A stretch of DNA of 33,993 nucleotides from Candidatus Woesearchaeota archaeon (GTDB lineage: Archaea > Nanobdellota > Nanobdellia > Woesearchaeales > UBA10216). Made by a program: the position numbers and the translations under genes. Under the pieces are notes generated by a model. That model was not told the DNA's origin, made no database searches, and saw only the letters and a list, made by a program, of their open reading frames with translations. Shown one piece after another: positions 25,630 to 33,993 of this stretch. Numbering within the stretch: the first letter of the stretch is position 1; every line of letters starts with the position of its first letter. The DNA lies in contig JACQST010000059.1 in NCBI GenBank assembly GCA_016211185.1, positions 1 to 33,993 of the forward strand, written 5' to 3'.

Positions 25630-28077
25630 CTACCTCGCCCTGAATCCCCGCATAAGCAAGGTATTGGCAACCACGCTGACAGAGCTGAACGCCATGGCAG
25701 CGCCAGCAATTATGGGGTTTAGCAGGAAGCCCGTGAACGGGTAAAGAAGGCCGGCAGCAATAGGTATGCCTGCTGTGTTGTAGAAGAAAGCCCAGAACAG
25801 GTTCTGTTTTATTTTTCGGACAGTGTAGCTGCTTATGTCCATGGCCGTAACAACCTTCTTCAGGTCTCCCTTGACAAGCACAATGTCCCCTGCCTCTATT
25901 GCTATGTCTGTGCCTGTGCCCATTGCTATCCCTATGTCTGCTGCTGCAAGCGCAGGGGCGTCGTTAATGCCGTCGCCAACCATCGCCACGCTCATTCCTT
26001 GGGCTTTGAGCTTGTTCACTTCCTTTTCCTTGTCTTCCGGCAACACCTCTGCAAGCACCTTTTGTATGCCTGCCTGCTTTGCGATGGCCTCAGCAGTCCT
26101 TATGTTGTCGCCAGTAATCATTATCACTTCCTTTCCCATCCTCTGCAGCTCAGCTATTGCCTCAATTGAGCCTTCCTTCAAGGTGTCTGCAACAGCCACC
26201 AAGCCAGCTACCTTGCTGCCATGTGCAAGAATCATAACCGTCTTCCCCTGTCCCTCGAGCAGGCCTATCTTTTCCTCAGCATCCTTCAGGGAAATCTTGC
26301 TGTCAGCCATCAGCTTCCGGTTTCCAAAAAGAATCTTCCTTGCCTTGTATGCAGCCTCTATTCCTTTGCCTGTTATTGACTTAAAGGCTGATGGCTCCGC
26401 AATCTCAAGATTTTCCTTCTTTGCCTCGCTGATTATTGCCTCTGCCAAAGGATGCTCTGAACGCTTCTCAGCTATTGCCGCAAGCTTTAGAACATCTTTT
26501 TGTTGCAAAGCAAAACCAACAACATCAGTCACTTCAGGCTTTCCCTTGGTTATTGTACCGGTCTTGTCAAGGACTATTGTGTCTGCTTCGCGCGCCTTCT
26601 GAAGGGCAGCTGCTGTCCTGAACAAAATTCCCTGCTGAGCGCCAAGCCCAGTCCCCACGATTATTGCTGTAGGCGTTGCCAGCCCCATGGCGCACGGGCA
26701 GGCTATTATGAGGACTGAAATAAAGATCATTAACGAGAACGCAAACCCTGCTCCGGAAAAAAGCCACGCGCCTGCAGCTATAAACGCAATTACAATCACA
26801 GCAGGAACAAAATAAGCTGAAACTGAATCAGCCAGCTTCTGGATTGGCGCCTTGCTGCTCTGAGCCTGCTCCACAAGCCGTATTATCTGGGCAAGCATCG
26901 TGTCCTTCCCAACTTTTGTTGCATTAAACCTGAAGCTGCCTGTCCTGTTTATCGTTCCCCCGATAACAACGCTTCCCTTAAACTTCTCAACAGGAATGCT
27001 CTCACCAGTAACCATTGACTCGTCAACAGCAGAGCTTCCACTAATCACACGGCCATCCACAGGTATCTTCTGGCCAGGCTTAACTATAACTGAATCGCCA
27101 ACAGCCACTTCATCAATAGGCACATCCACCTCCTTACCACTTCTCACTACCGTGGCAGTCTTTGCCTGAAGCCCAATCAGCTTCTTAATTGCCTCAGATG
27201 TTTTGCCCTTCGCAACCGCCTCAAGAAGCTTGCCCAAGAGGATGAACATCAGAAGGAGGCCTGCTATCTCATAATAAAGGTCATGCATCCCGAAGCCTGC
27301 GCCTTGCATCATCAGGATAGTTATTGCTATGCTGTAAACATATGCAGCCCCAGTACCTATTGCTACAAGGGTATCCATGTTGGCAGTCCTTCCGAAAACT
27401 GCAGCCCTGAAACCCTTGACATAAAACTCCCTGCTCACCCATATGATGGGCGTTGTAAGGGCCAGTTGCATTATTGCATATGCCTCGTCGCCAATCTCAG
27501 GAAGCGGAAGCCTGAGCAGGCCTGACATCGCGAGATACGCCAGCGGAATGCTGCACACAAGTGAAATGAGAAACTTAGTCTTTAGCTGACTTATCTCGCG
27601 CTCCCTCTCCAGCTTTTCCCTATCCGTAGCTTCCTCCGCATAGTCTTGAGGCGTGTATCCTGCATTGGTTATCGCAGCCTTTATTGCCTTAAGACTAGTG
27701 ACTGAAGGGTCATAACTCACAGAAACAATCTTTGAAGCGTAGCTTGCCTCAGAAACCTTGACACCCCTAACCTTCATGAGCGCTGAATGCACAATCATTG
27801 CACAGTGCTCTGATGCCATGTCATTCACTGTGAGCTTTACTGTTGTGCCTTCAGAGCCCTGCATTGAGGCGGTGTATCCTACTTTCCTCACGGCGGTGAC
27901 TATGGCCTGTTCAGAGGTGCTTTTCCCGTCAAACTCAACAAGCGCCTTGCCGCTTGCGAAGTTCACATTCGCGCTTTTAACGCCTTTCTCTTTCTTCAGG
28001 GCTTTCTCTATGGTAACTGCGCAGCTTGCGCAATCCATCCCTTTTATGCTCAATACTGCTTTTTCCATTTTCTCCAT
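25630..28077 (-). CDS. copA: Cu(I)-translocating P1B-type ATPase
   Basis: [33 protein letters not shown] and MAFSS motifs; start at 28077 (or 28068). Confidence 0.95.
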   Translation of the reverse strand: MEKMEKAVLSIKGMDCASCAVTIEKALKKEKGVKSANVNFASGKALVEFDGKSTSEQAIVTAVRKVGYTASMQGSEGTTVKLTVNDMASEHCAMIVHSALMKVRGVKVSEASYASKIVSVSYDPSVTSLKAIKAAITNAGYTPQDYAEEATDREKLEREREISQLKTKFLISLVCSIPLAYLAMSGLLRLPLPEIGDEAYAIMQLALTTPIIWVSREFYVKGFRAAVFGRTANMDTLVAIGTGAAYVYSIAITILMMQGAGFGMHDLYYEIAGLLLMFILLGKLLEAVAKGKTSEAIKKLIGLQAKTATVVRSGKEVDVPIDEVAVGDSVIVKPGQKIPVDGRVISGSSAVDESMVTGESIPVEKFKGSVVIGGTINRTGSFRFNATKVGKDTMLAQIIRLVEQAQSSKAPIQKLADSVSAYFVPAVIVIAFIAAGAWLFSGAGFAFSLMIFISVLIIACPCAMGLATPTAIIVGTGLGAQQGILFRTAAALQKAREADTIVLDKTGTITKGKPEVTDVVGFALQQKDVLKLAAIAEKRSEHPLAEAIISEAKKENLEIAEPSAFKSITGKGIEAAYKARKILFGNRKLMADSKISLKDAEEKIGLLEGQGKTVMILAHGSKVAGLVAVADTLKEGSIEAIAELQRMGKEVIMITGDNIRTAEAIAKQAGIQKVLAEVLPEDKEKEVNKLKAQGMSVAMVGDGINDAPALAAADIGIAMGTGTDIAIEAGDIVLVKGDLKKVVTAMDISSYTVRKIKQNLFWAFFYNTAGIPIAAGLLYPFTGFLLNPIIAGAAMAFSSVSVVANTLLMRGFRAR

Positions 28078-28087
28078 ACATGCTTCA

Positions 28088-28369
28088 TCATAGCCTGTTG
28101 TAAACAGCTGCGAATAGGCTGCCCATGCCATAACCCAACGAAGCCACCACAACGATTCCGGTGGCAAATGACTGGAGGCTTATATTTACAGCCCATATTT
28201 CCGATACATCAATCCCGTGCATAAGCGAGTTCGAAATGAACACCATTGCCCATGTGGGAAGGACTACAACCGCAATCAGGCAAACAAGCGACAAAGCCAT
28301 AAGGCTTATGGCGAGGCTCAGCCCTGCCCTGTGCGGCTCTAACCGGTTTACATTGACATGCCCCTTCAT
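28088..28369 (-). CDS. Small membrane protein (DUF5676-like) upstream of copA
   Basis: Two TMs with a Cys, an MHG.D motif and G.LFA.VYN; RBS GAGGTG upstream. Confidence 0.75.
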   Translation of the reverse strand: MKGHVNVNRLEPHRAGLSLAISLMALSLVCLIAVVVLPTWAMVFISNSLMHGIDVSEIWAVNISLQSFATGIVVVASLGYGMGSLFAAVYNRL

Positions 28370-28382
28370 TTAAAACCACCTC

Positions 28383-28423
28383 ATATATCTAAATCGTGAT
28401 ATATCCGAAATATTTAAATATTT
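28383..28423. promoter_or_regulatory. Divergent promoter with candidate operator
   Basis: Inverted repeat ATATATC-N8-GATATAT (28383-28404) next to the perfect palindrome AAATATTTAAATATTT (28408-28423), which offers TTTAAATA on both strands. Confidence 0.6.
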
Positions 28424-28441
28424 TGATTAGATGCTGGACTC

Positions 28442-28849
28442 ATGGCGGTAAGGATAAACAGCATGGTAAAGCTATACACGCTGCTGCTCCTCGCTGAAGA
28501 CTCAAGGCACGGCTACGAGCTGATGAAGCTGCTCTCAGAGCGGCTGGACAGAAGGATAAGTGCAAGCCAGGTCTACCCTTTCCTGTCCCTGCTCTCAAGG
28601 CACGGCATAGTCTCGGCAGGCCCCGCAGGCAACCGCGAGAAGAAATCATACACTCTCACCAAGCAAGGAAGCGTCCTTGTGCGGAACCTCCTCGGCAGAT
28701 TCGGGGAATTAGCCTACCGGGCTATAGTGCCAAACCTAACCACATGCGCACATTGCGGATGCAAGGTATACGGAGCACACACCCAGAAAATAAAGGGCAA
28801 AGAGCTTGCCTTCTGCTGCAAATACTGCGCACAGTCATACACAAGGTAA
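28442..28849 (+). CDS. PadR-family regulator with C-terminal TRASH metal-binding domain
   Basis: HGYELMK, S.SQVYP.L..L...G.V, R.KK.Y.LT..G; then CAHCG...FCCKYC. Confidence 0.88.
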   Translation: MAVRINSMVKLYTLLLLAEDSRHGYELMKLLSERLDRRISASQVYPFLSLLSRHGIVSAGPAGNREKKSYTLTKQGSVLVRNLLGRFGELAYRAIVPNLTTCAHCGCKVYGAHTQKIKGKELAFCCKYCAQSYTR

Positions 28850-28936
28850 ATGGGCACAACACAGATGGATGCAAAAAGCCTTATAGAAAAAAGCCACAGT
28901 TAACTTTATAAATCACCTTCTTATCCCGTTTCATTA

Positions 28937-28967
28937 TCCCGCAGCTTGACTGCCTCGGCAGGAGGGA
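28937..28967 (+). promoter_or_regulatory. Putative uL1-binding autoregulatory leader hairpin covering the RBS
   Basis: UCCC-GCAGCUUGA-CUGC-CUCG-GCAG-GA-GGGA; TTTATAAA at 28905-28912 places the transcription start near 28935. Confidence 0.5.
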
Positions 28968-28972
28968 AACAA

Positions 28973-29620
28973 ATGGACAAGAAGTCATTTCTGGAAGCAC
29001 TGCAGAAGGTCAAAGGATACAAGAGGAACTTCTCACAGAGCTACGAGCTTGTCATAAACCTGAAGGACATAGACTTGAAGAAAACAGACAACCAGATAGA
29101 CCTGTTTATCCAGCTTCCGAACGGCCGCGGGAAGAAAATCTCTGTCTGCGCGTTTGTCGACCCGCAGCTGCTTGACGAGGCAAAAGCTGCCTGCGACGAA
29201 GTAATACTGCAGGACAACTTCTCGGAATACGGCAAGAACAAGAAGGCTGCAAAGAAGCTTGCAAGAAAGCACGACTTCTTCATAGCACAATCAAACATCA
29301 TGCCACAAGTAGCAACATTCTTCGGAAGAGCACTTGGCCCGAAAGGAAAGATGCCGAACCCGAAGGCAGGCTGCATAGTCCCCCAAAAGACAAACCTTAG
29401 GCAGCTCAGGGAAAACCTTCAGAGAACAGTTAGGGTAAGCGCAAAGACAGCCCCAATACTGCAATGCATAGTCGGGATTGAAGGCATGGATGTCGAAAAG
29501 GTTGCGGAAAACGCGGTTCATGTTTACGAGCAGGTCATACACAAGCTTCCAAACGAGGAGCAAAACGTAAAATCATTACTGGTGAAACTGACAATGAGCC
29601 CACCGGTAGCTGTGAAGTGA
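28973..29620 (+). CDS. rpl1: 50S ribosomal protein L1 (uL1)
   Basis: KRNF.QS.EL.INLK.IDLKK, DFFIAQ, GR.LGPKGKMP.P, KLTM; GGAGG RBS before ATG 28973. Confidence 0.97.
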   Translation: MDKKSFLEALQKVKGYKRNFSQSYELVINLKDIDLKKTDNQIDLFIQLPNGRGKKISVCAFVDPQLLDEAKAACDEVILQDNFSEYGKNKKAAKKLARKHDFFIAQSNIMPQVATFFGRALGPKGKMPNPKAGCIVPQKTNLRQLRENLQRTVRVSAKTAPILQCIVGIEGMDVEKVAENAVHVYEQVIHKLPNEEQNVKSLLVKLTMSPPVAVK

Positions 29621-29625
29621 CTTCA

Positions 29626-30480
29626 ATGTACAAGCCCAAGGTTGCAAAGAAGAAGCTAGCGACTGTACAGCAAATACTCACGCTTGCAAAGACCCACCCA
29701 ATAGTGGGCATCATAAACGTCCAGAACATCCCGGCACCTCAACTGCAAAGGATGAGGCTGCAACTAAGGGATAACGTAACGATACTGATGGCAAAGAAGA
29801 GCCTCACATATCTGGCACTTGACTCTCTTGAGCATGAAAAGAAAGGAGTATCAGGCCTCAAGGCAAAGCTGTCGGGCATGCCTGCACTCGTGTTCACCGC
29901 ACAAAACCCTTTCAGGCTTGCATCAGTCCTGAGGAAAAGCAGGTCATCAGCGCCAGCAAAGGCAGGACAGGCAGCGCCAAAGGACATATGGGTTCCGGCA
30001 GGGCAGACACAGTTCACACCCGGCCCAATAATAAGCGAGCTGGCATCAGTCGGAATCAAGACAGGAGTTGAAGGAGGAAAGCTCGCTATAAAGCAAGACG
30101 TGCTGGTGGTGAAGGAAGGCGAGAAGATAAACCAGAAGCTCGCGGGAGTCCTCATGAAGCTCGGCATACAGCCAATCGAGATAGGGCTGGACATGCTCGC
30201 AATCTATGAGGCAGGAGTCATTTATGGAAAAGACGTCCTTGACGTACCAGAAACAAAGCACATTGACGACTTGAAGCGCGCCGCAGCAGAAGCAGAAAGC
30301 CTCGCAATACACATAGCCTACCCGACACGGGACAACATAAAGAAACTGCTGGCAAAAGCCCACATAAGCGCAAAGGGCCTCGCAATATCAAAGCAGCTAA
30401 TCTCAGACGCTCTGCTCCAGAAGCTCGTGACAGATGCAGAAAGAGAAGCGCTCGCAATAAGAAAGCTGATACAAAAATAG
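29626..30480 (+). CDS. rpl10: 50S ribosomal protein L10 (uL10/P0)
   Basis: LQ.MR..LR, NPF.L, APAKAGQ.AP.DI.VPAG.T.F.PGPIISEL, L.KLGI.P.EIGL. Confidence 0.96.
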   Translation: MYKPKVAKKKLATVQQILTLAKTHPIVGIINVQNIPAPQLQRMRLQLRDNVTILMAKKSLTYLALDSLEHEKKGVSGLKAKLSGMPALVFTAQNPFRLASVLRKSRSSAPAKAGQAAPKDIWVPAGQTQFTPGPIISELASVGIKTGVEGGKLAIKQDVLVVKEGEKINQKLAGVLMKLGIQPIEIGLDMLAIYEAGVIYGKDVLDVPETKHIDDLKRAAAEAESLAIHIAYPTRDNIKKLLAKAHISAKGLAISKQLISDALLQKLVTDAEREALAIRKLIQK

Positions 30481-30524
30481 GCAAAAAATAAAAACCTGAA
30501 CAATACTCAATGGAGGGATGCATG

Positions 30525-30827
30525 ATGGAATATGTGTATGCTGCAATGCTCCTGCACAAGGCAGGGCACAAGGTTGAGGACGCCACATTAAGCAAGGTCT
30601 TGCAGGCCGCAGGCATAAGCCCTGAGCCAGCAAGAGTAAAGGCCCTCGTGTCCGCACTTGAAGGCGTTGACATAGACGCTGCAGTCAAGGAAGCATCAAT
30701 TGCACAGGTTGCTCCAGCTTCAGCAGCTCCGCAGGCACCAGTTGCCAAGAAGGAGGAAAAGAAGGCTGAAGAGGAAAAGAAGAGCACTGAGCAGGCTGCC
30801 GCAGGACTCGGAGCACTATTCGGATAA
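30525..30827 (+). CDS. rpl12: 50S ribosomal protein L12 (archaeal P1)
   Basis: MEYVYAAMLLH, KVL.AAG, RVKALV.ALEGVDI, acidic hinge, AAAGLGALFG. Confidence 0.97.
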   Translation: MEYVYAAMLLHKAGHKVEDATLSKVLQAAGISPEPARVKALVSALEGVDIDAAVKEASIAQVAPASAAPQAPVAKKEEKKAEEEKKSTEQAAAGLGALFG

Positions 30828-30838
30828 GCAATGTCATA

Positions 30839-31732
30839 ATGCCAGAATTACCTGAGCTACTGTCAAGAATAAAGGCAGGCCAGACAAGAGCCTCACAACT
30901 AAAGGCAGAACTCAAGGCAATAATCCGGGAAAAAAAGGAGTGGCTGCATAAAGCACGGGAATTCAAGGCACAAGTTGATGCATGTATAGCGGCCATCAGG
31001 TCCCATAAGGAAAAGCGAGACCAGCTAACTGCTTCTGTCAAAACAAAGAAGGAACAGCTCGCAGCAACAAGAACATCCTCAACAGAGCTAAAGACAAAAG
31101 TCTCAAGCCTGGCCGCAGAAAGGGACTCGCTCACAGGACTCAAGAAAACACTCAGGCCAGACGCGCTGAAGAGCGAGATACAAAAAATTGAATTCAAGAT
31201 AGAGACAGAGGCAGTCAGCTTCCAGGAAGAACAGCGCCTGATGAAGGTAATAAAGGAAAAAAAGAAAGCACTAGCTGAAATAACAGGGCTGCAGCCAATA
31301 ATAACAGAGTTCGAGACCGCACGAGGAGAACTATCCACAACAAGGGACAGGATAAGGGAACTCAGGCTTGAAGTTGTTTCCGAGGCAATGCGCAGCCAGT
31401 CATTCCACGAGCAGATGCTCGCAAAAGTAAAAGAGCTTGAAGTCCTCAAATCACTGAGGGAAGAAGCGCACACACAACTAAACATGCTCCGCGAAAGGTT
31501 CGAAGCCAAGACACAGGAACTCGAACAGGAACTTGCCGCATTATCTGAACTAAGGACGCAAGCCGACGCAGCAAGAGCAGAACGGGAAAAACAGAGAACA
31601 GAAAAAGAAGCAAAGCTCGCAGAGGAAAGGGCACGCATGGCAGCTGAAAAGGAAAAAGAACTAAAACAGAAAATCCTCCAGGGAAAAAAGCTCACAACAC
31701 AAGACCTTTTGATGCTGCAGATGGAAGGGTAA
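30839..31732 (+). CDS. Archaeal coiled-coil protein (COG1340-like)
   Basis: Long heptad helices, LK.EI.KIEFKIETEA.SF.EE..LMK.I, C-terminal GKKLTT.DLL.LQ. Confidence 0.85.
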   Translation: MPELPELLSRIKAGQTRASQLKAELKAIIREKKEWLHKAREFKAQVDACIAAIRSHKEKRDQLTASVKTKKEQLAATRTSSTELKTKVSSLAAERDSLTGLKKTLRPDALKSEIQKIEFKIETEAVSFQEEQRLMKVIKEKKKALAEITGLQPIITEFETARGELSTTRDRIRELRLEVVSEAMRSQSFHEQMLAKVKELEVLKSLREEAHTQLNMLRERFEAKTQELEQELAALSELRTQADAARAEREKQRTEKEAKLAEERARMAAEKEKELKQKILQGKKLTTQDLLMLQMEG

Positions 31733-31811
31733 AAAACGAAAAACAGCAACCTTTTTATATAAGTAGTCTTTTTTTAGTAGTAAACTTATTAAAGCAACGG
31801 AGTGTTGATAA

Positions 31812-32603
31812 ATGGCAAAACTACCCAATCAAAGAGTCTTTCTAAGAGTCTTTCTGGATGAACTCGTAACAGGAGGCAACGCAGAGCTTGTCTCAGTCTC
31901 AGACCTCACAGAGCCTAACGCGACAGACCCTGAAGGAGTGCCGTGGAGAAAGCATGTAATGAAGGAATATGAAGTGCAAAAACATGCTATTAGAAGCGGC
32001 ACCCTTGCTCCAGGCAAAGAACTTCTTCCACAATATGCCATAGAGGTACTAAAAGACCCGACCGAAGAAAACTACACAGTAATGACATTAATATTTCCAT
32101 CGAATCATTCACACAGGTTCCAGGCTGTAGGAATGATAAGGCCTGATGTAGTAAGGCTCGGGGATGGAACACCTTACATTAAGCTGTGGTATGGGCCGAT
32201 TGTCAGAGAATCATTCAGAGGCACAAGCGTGCTAAGGTCAGGAAGAAATCTTACAGACATATTGATGACCGAAGCAATTGGAAGAATGAAACCTACGGCA
32301 GGCGAAGACCCAATGATATTTGTAGACAGCGACAACTCGCTCCATCCAGATCAATATTTAAGATACGGATTCACGCCCATGATAAGCGGGCTGCATGTCC
32401 CTGATTTAAGGGCAGAAGGGGCTGCAAAAGACGAGCCGTTCAGCACAGTAAGCCTTTATGTCAGGATGCCAAAAGGAAGAAAGCTTCCTCCGTCAAGAGC
32501 ATGGGAGATGGTCAAGGATTACCTCGTGAAAGGGTACGAAGCGCCTGAGAAAGGAACAATAACCCACCTTGCAGCAGATAGGCTCGCAAGGCAACTACTT
32601 TAA
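31812..32603 (+). CDS. Hypothetical protein, probable GNAT fold
   Basis: LWYGPIVRESFRGT...L...LM (motif A-like) and YLRYGF (motif B-like). Confidence 0.6.
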   Translation: MAKLPNQRVFLRVFLDELVTGGNAELVSVSDLTEPNATDPEGVPWRKHVMKEYEVQKHAIRSGTLAPGKELLPQYAIEVLKDPTEENYTVMTLIFPSNHSHRFQAVGMIRPDVVRLGDGTPYIKLWYGPIVRESFRGTSVLRSGRNLTDILMTEAIGRMKPTAGEDPMIFVDSDNSLHPDQYLRYGFTPMISGLHVPDLRAEGAAKDEPFSTVSLYVRMPKGRKLPPSRAWEMVKDYLVKGYEAPEKGTITHLAADRLARQLL

Positions 32604-32626
32604 GCAACCTGCTTCTTTTCTTATTT

Positions 32627-32848
32627 TCAAAAGTGCTCAAACACATAAGTCCATAGAAAGTTCTCCACAATAACAAACACGCCAAGGTAAAGAAGAAAGC
32701 CGGGCATCAGCGTGAAAGGAAGAAAAGCCGAGATGTCAACCACGCGCAATATCCCGAAGATTTGCTGAAGAAGGAACACGCATATCATGAACGTCAATGC
32801 ATTGGAGCCAATCGCAGCAGCCTTCCAGAAGGCAGACTCATGCTCTGC
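32627..32848 (-). pseudogene. Hydrophobic open frame lacking a good in-frame start (small membrane protein or remnant)
   Basis: Manual translation AEHESAFWKAAAIGSNALTFMICVFLLQQIFGILRVVDISAFLPFTLMPGFLLYLGVFVIVENFLWTYVFEHF*; TTTAAATA just upstream; nearest ATG (32841) is out of frame. Confidence 0.4.
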
Positions 32849-32883
32849 TCAGTATGAATATTTAAAGATTTTTGGTTGAACCC

Positions 32884-33264
32884 CTACTTATTCAGGCTAC
32901 GCTCAATCCCATAATAAAACTGTATCTCGTAGTGATAGGAGCCTCCACGTGCTACTGAGCGCCTCACCATCTCATCAGAAGAAACATAATCCCTGCCGTA
33001 GCTTCCGTTAACACGCTCCACAGGAACGCCATACAACGGAAACCTGTATCCATTCCTATGCCGGACAACAATGTCAGGAACACCATCAGAGTTCAAATCA
33101 GGCTTCGAACCAGATTCAAGACCATAAACATTGGAAGGACTCCTCTCAAAATCACGCCTGAAATCCCTCACAACAGTAGCAATACCGCAAGTGCTTCCGA
33201 ACAGCGCAAGGCCTATTATGACACCCAGCGTAACGTCCTCAAGAGACCTTTTGCCATTTGGCAT
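32884..33264 (-). CDS. Membrane-anchored hypothetical protein with DxNxDG loop
   Basis: N-terminal TM, DLNSDGVPDIVV; TTTATAAA 30 nt upstream of ATG 33264. Confidence 0.7.
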   Translation of the reverse strand: MPNGKRSLEDVTLGVIIGLALFGSTCGIATVVRDFRRDFERSPSNVYGLESGSKPDLNSDGVPDIVVRHRNGYRFPLYGVPVERVNGSYGRDYVSSDEMVRRSVARGGSYHYEIQFYYGIERSLNK

Positions 33265-33367
33265 AATGCAGGGCACCACGCACTTTTTTATAAAGGTTGC
33301 CTCAAAAAACCCCTTAAAAAACCTGAAAAGAATAGCTTTATAAATGAAGCCCTAATCTCTCCTGTGA

Positions 33368-33426
33368 GCTGATGACGGCAGACGCCTGAAGTAATGTGCT
33401 TCTGCCCGTTTGATGTTGCTGATAGG
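33368..33426 (+). promoter_or_regulatory. Kink-turn-containing 5' UTR of rpl7ae
   Basis: UGA-CGG...CCG-UUU-GAU geometry closing the GGCAGA/UCUGCC stem; TTTATAAA at 33338-33345. Confidence 0.65.
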
Positions 33427-33452
33427 TTATTGTTATTCAGGAGGACTTGAAA

Positions 33453-33788
33453 ATGGTTTCGAAGGAAGTTTCTGAACAGGCGCTCCAGGCAGTCGAAGTG
33501 GCAAAGGCTACAGGAAAGCTGAGGAAAGGCACAAACGAGGTAACCAAGGCCATAGAAAGAGGGCAGGCAAAGCTCGTTGTGGTCGCAACAGACGTAAGCC
33601 CAAAGGAAATAGTAATGCACCTTCCCCTGCTTGCAAAGGAGAAGGGCGTCCCTTGCGCAGAGGTATCAAGCAAGGAGGAACTCGGAGCTGCCGCAGGACT
33701 CGGGCTGCCGACAAGCAGCGTGGCCATAGTGCAGGAAGGCAACGCAAAGGACCTTATAAAGGAGATAGTCAGGGAACTCGGAGCTTGA
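33453..33788 (+). CDS. rpl7ae: 50S ribosomal protein L7Ae (eL8)
   Basis: [44 protein letters not shown]; GGAGG RBS. Confidence 0.97.
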   Translation: MVSKEVSEQALQAVEVAKATGKLRKGTNEVTKAIERGQAKLVVVATDVSPKEIVMHLPLLAKEKGVPCAEVSSKEELGAAAGLGLPTSSVAIVQEGNAKDLIKEIVRELGA

Positions 33789-33792
33789 AAAA

Positions 33793-33993
33793 ATGGCTGC
33801 AAAGAAGATGGTGAAAAAAGAGAAAGCTCCCGAGGATGCTGTCCTGAAAAAGCCGCAGGAGAAGCCGCAGCCTGCACAGGAAGAAAAAAAGGGAGGCCAG
33901 GTCTTTTTCTCACCAGCAGTGCCCGGAAGGGTTGTAGAGCTCGTGGGCAGGGCAGGCGTAAGGGGAGACGCGATACAGGTAAGGGTGAAGGTC
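33793..33993 (+). CDS. rps28e: 30S ribosomal protein S28e, partial (runs off the window)
   Basis: Manual translation MAAKKMVKKEKAPEDAVLKKPQEKPQPAQEEKKGGQVFFSPAVPGRVVELVGRAGVRGDAIQVRVKV; conserved position after rpl7ae. Confidence 0.92.
   Translation, partial: MAAKKMVKKEKAPEDAVLKKPQEKPQPAQEEKKGGQVFFSPAVPGRVVELVGRAGVRGDAIQVRVKV

Noticed and set aside
28077-28167. 30-aa N-terminal extension of CopA in the ORF track
   Set aside because: Overlaps the upstream membrane-protein gene; the ATG at 28077 or 28068 precedes HMA1 directly.
28383-28409. TATATCTAAA as an archaeal dif half-site
   Set aside because: No 11-6-11 inverted arrangement; better explained as an operator in the padR/copA promoter.
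30685-31749. 354-aa minus-strand Ser/Phe-rich ORF
   Set aside because: Antisense of the Lys/Glu-rich coiled-coil gene.

Overview
Archaeal chromosomal segment, most consistent with a DPANN (Woesearchaeota-like) genome. Evidence is the archaeal ribosomal and translation genes (S7, S8e, L37e, L1-L10-L12, L7Ae, S28e, aIF1A, Lsm, Dph2) and TATA boxes about 30 nt upstream of apparently leaderless start codons; the taxon is inference. The window also holds repair genes (DinB, NucS, EndoIII-like, Pcm), a MacB-type ABC module, a large Ig-repeat surface protein followed by a bacterial-type signal peptidase II, a dCMP deaminase/kinase/thymidylate synthase cluster, a CopA copper locus and an AbiE-like pair. 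The most notable points are: (1) unusual fusions (MtrA-like + ThyA + DUF4346; APC permease + SAM-methyltransferase fold; HemK + protein kinase; PadR + TRASH with a candidate operator); (2) a Dph2 lacking its first Fe-S domain; (3) candidate RNA elements (a permuted L1-binding motif over the rpl1 RBS, a k-turn in the rpl7ae leader, a four-hairpin element after thyA); (4) gene debris (mazEF, ppsA); (5) an apparent strand-skew inversion near 7.4-8.3 kb. I saw no tRNA, rRNA, CRISPR array or transposase. All family assignments come from motif recognition by eye, not database searches.
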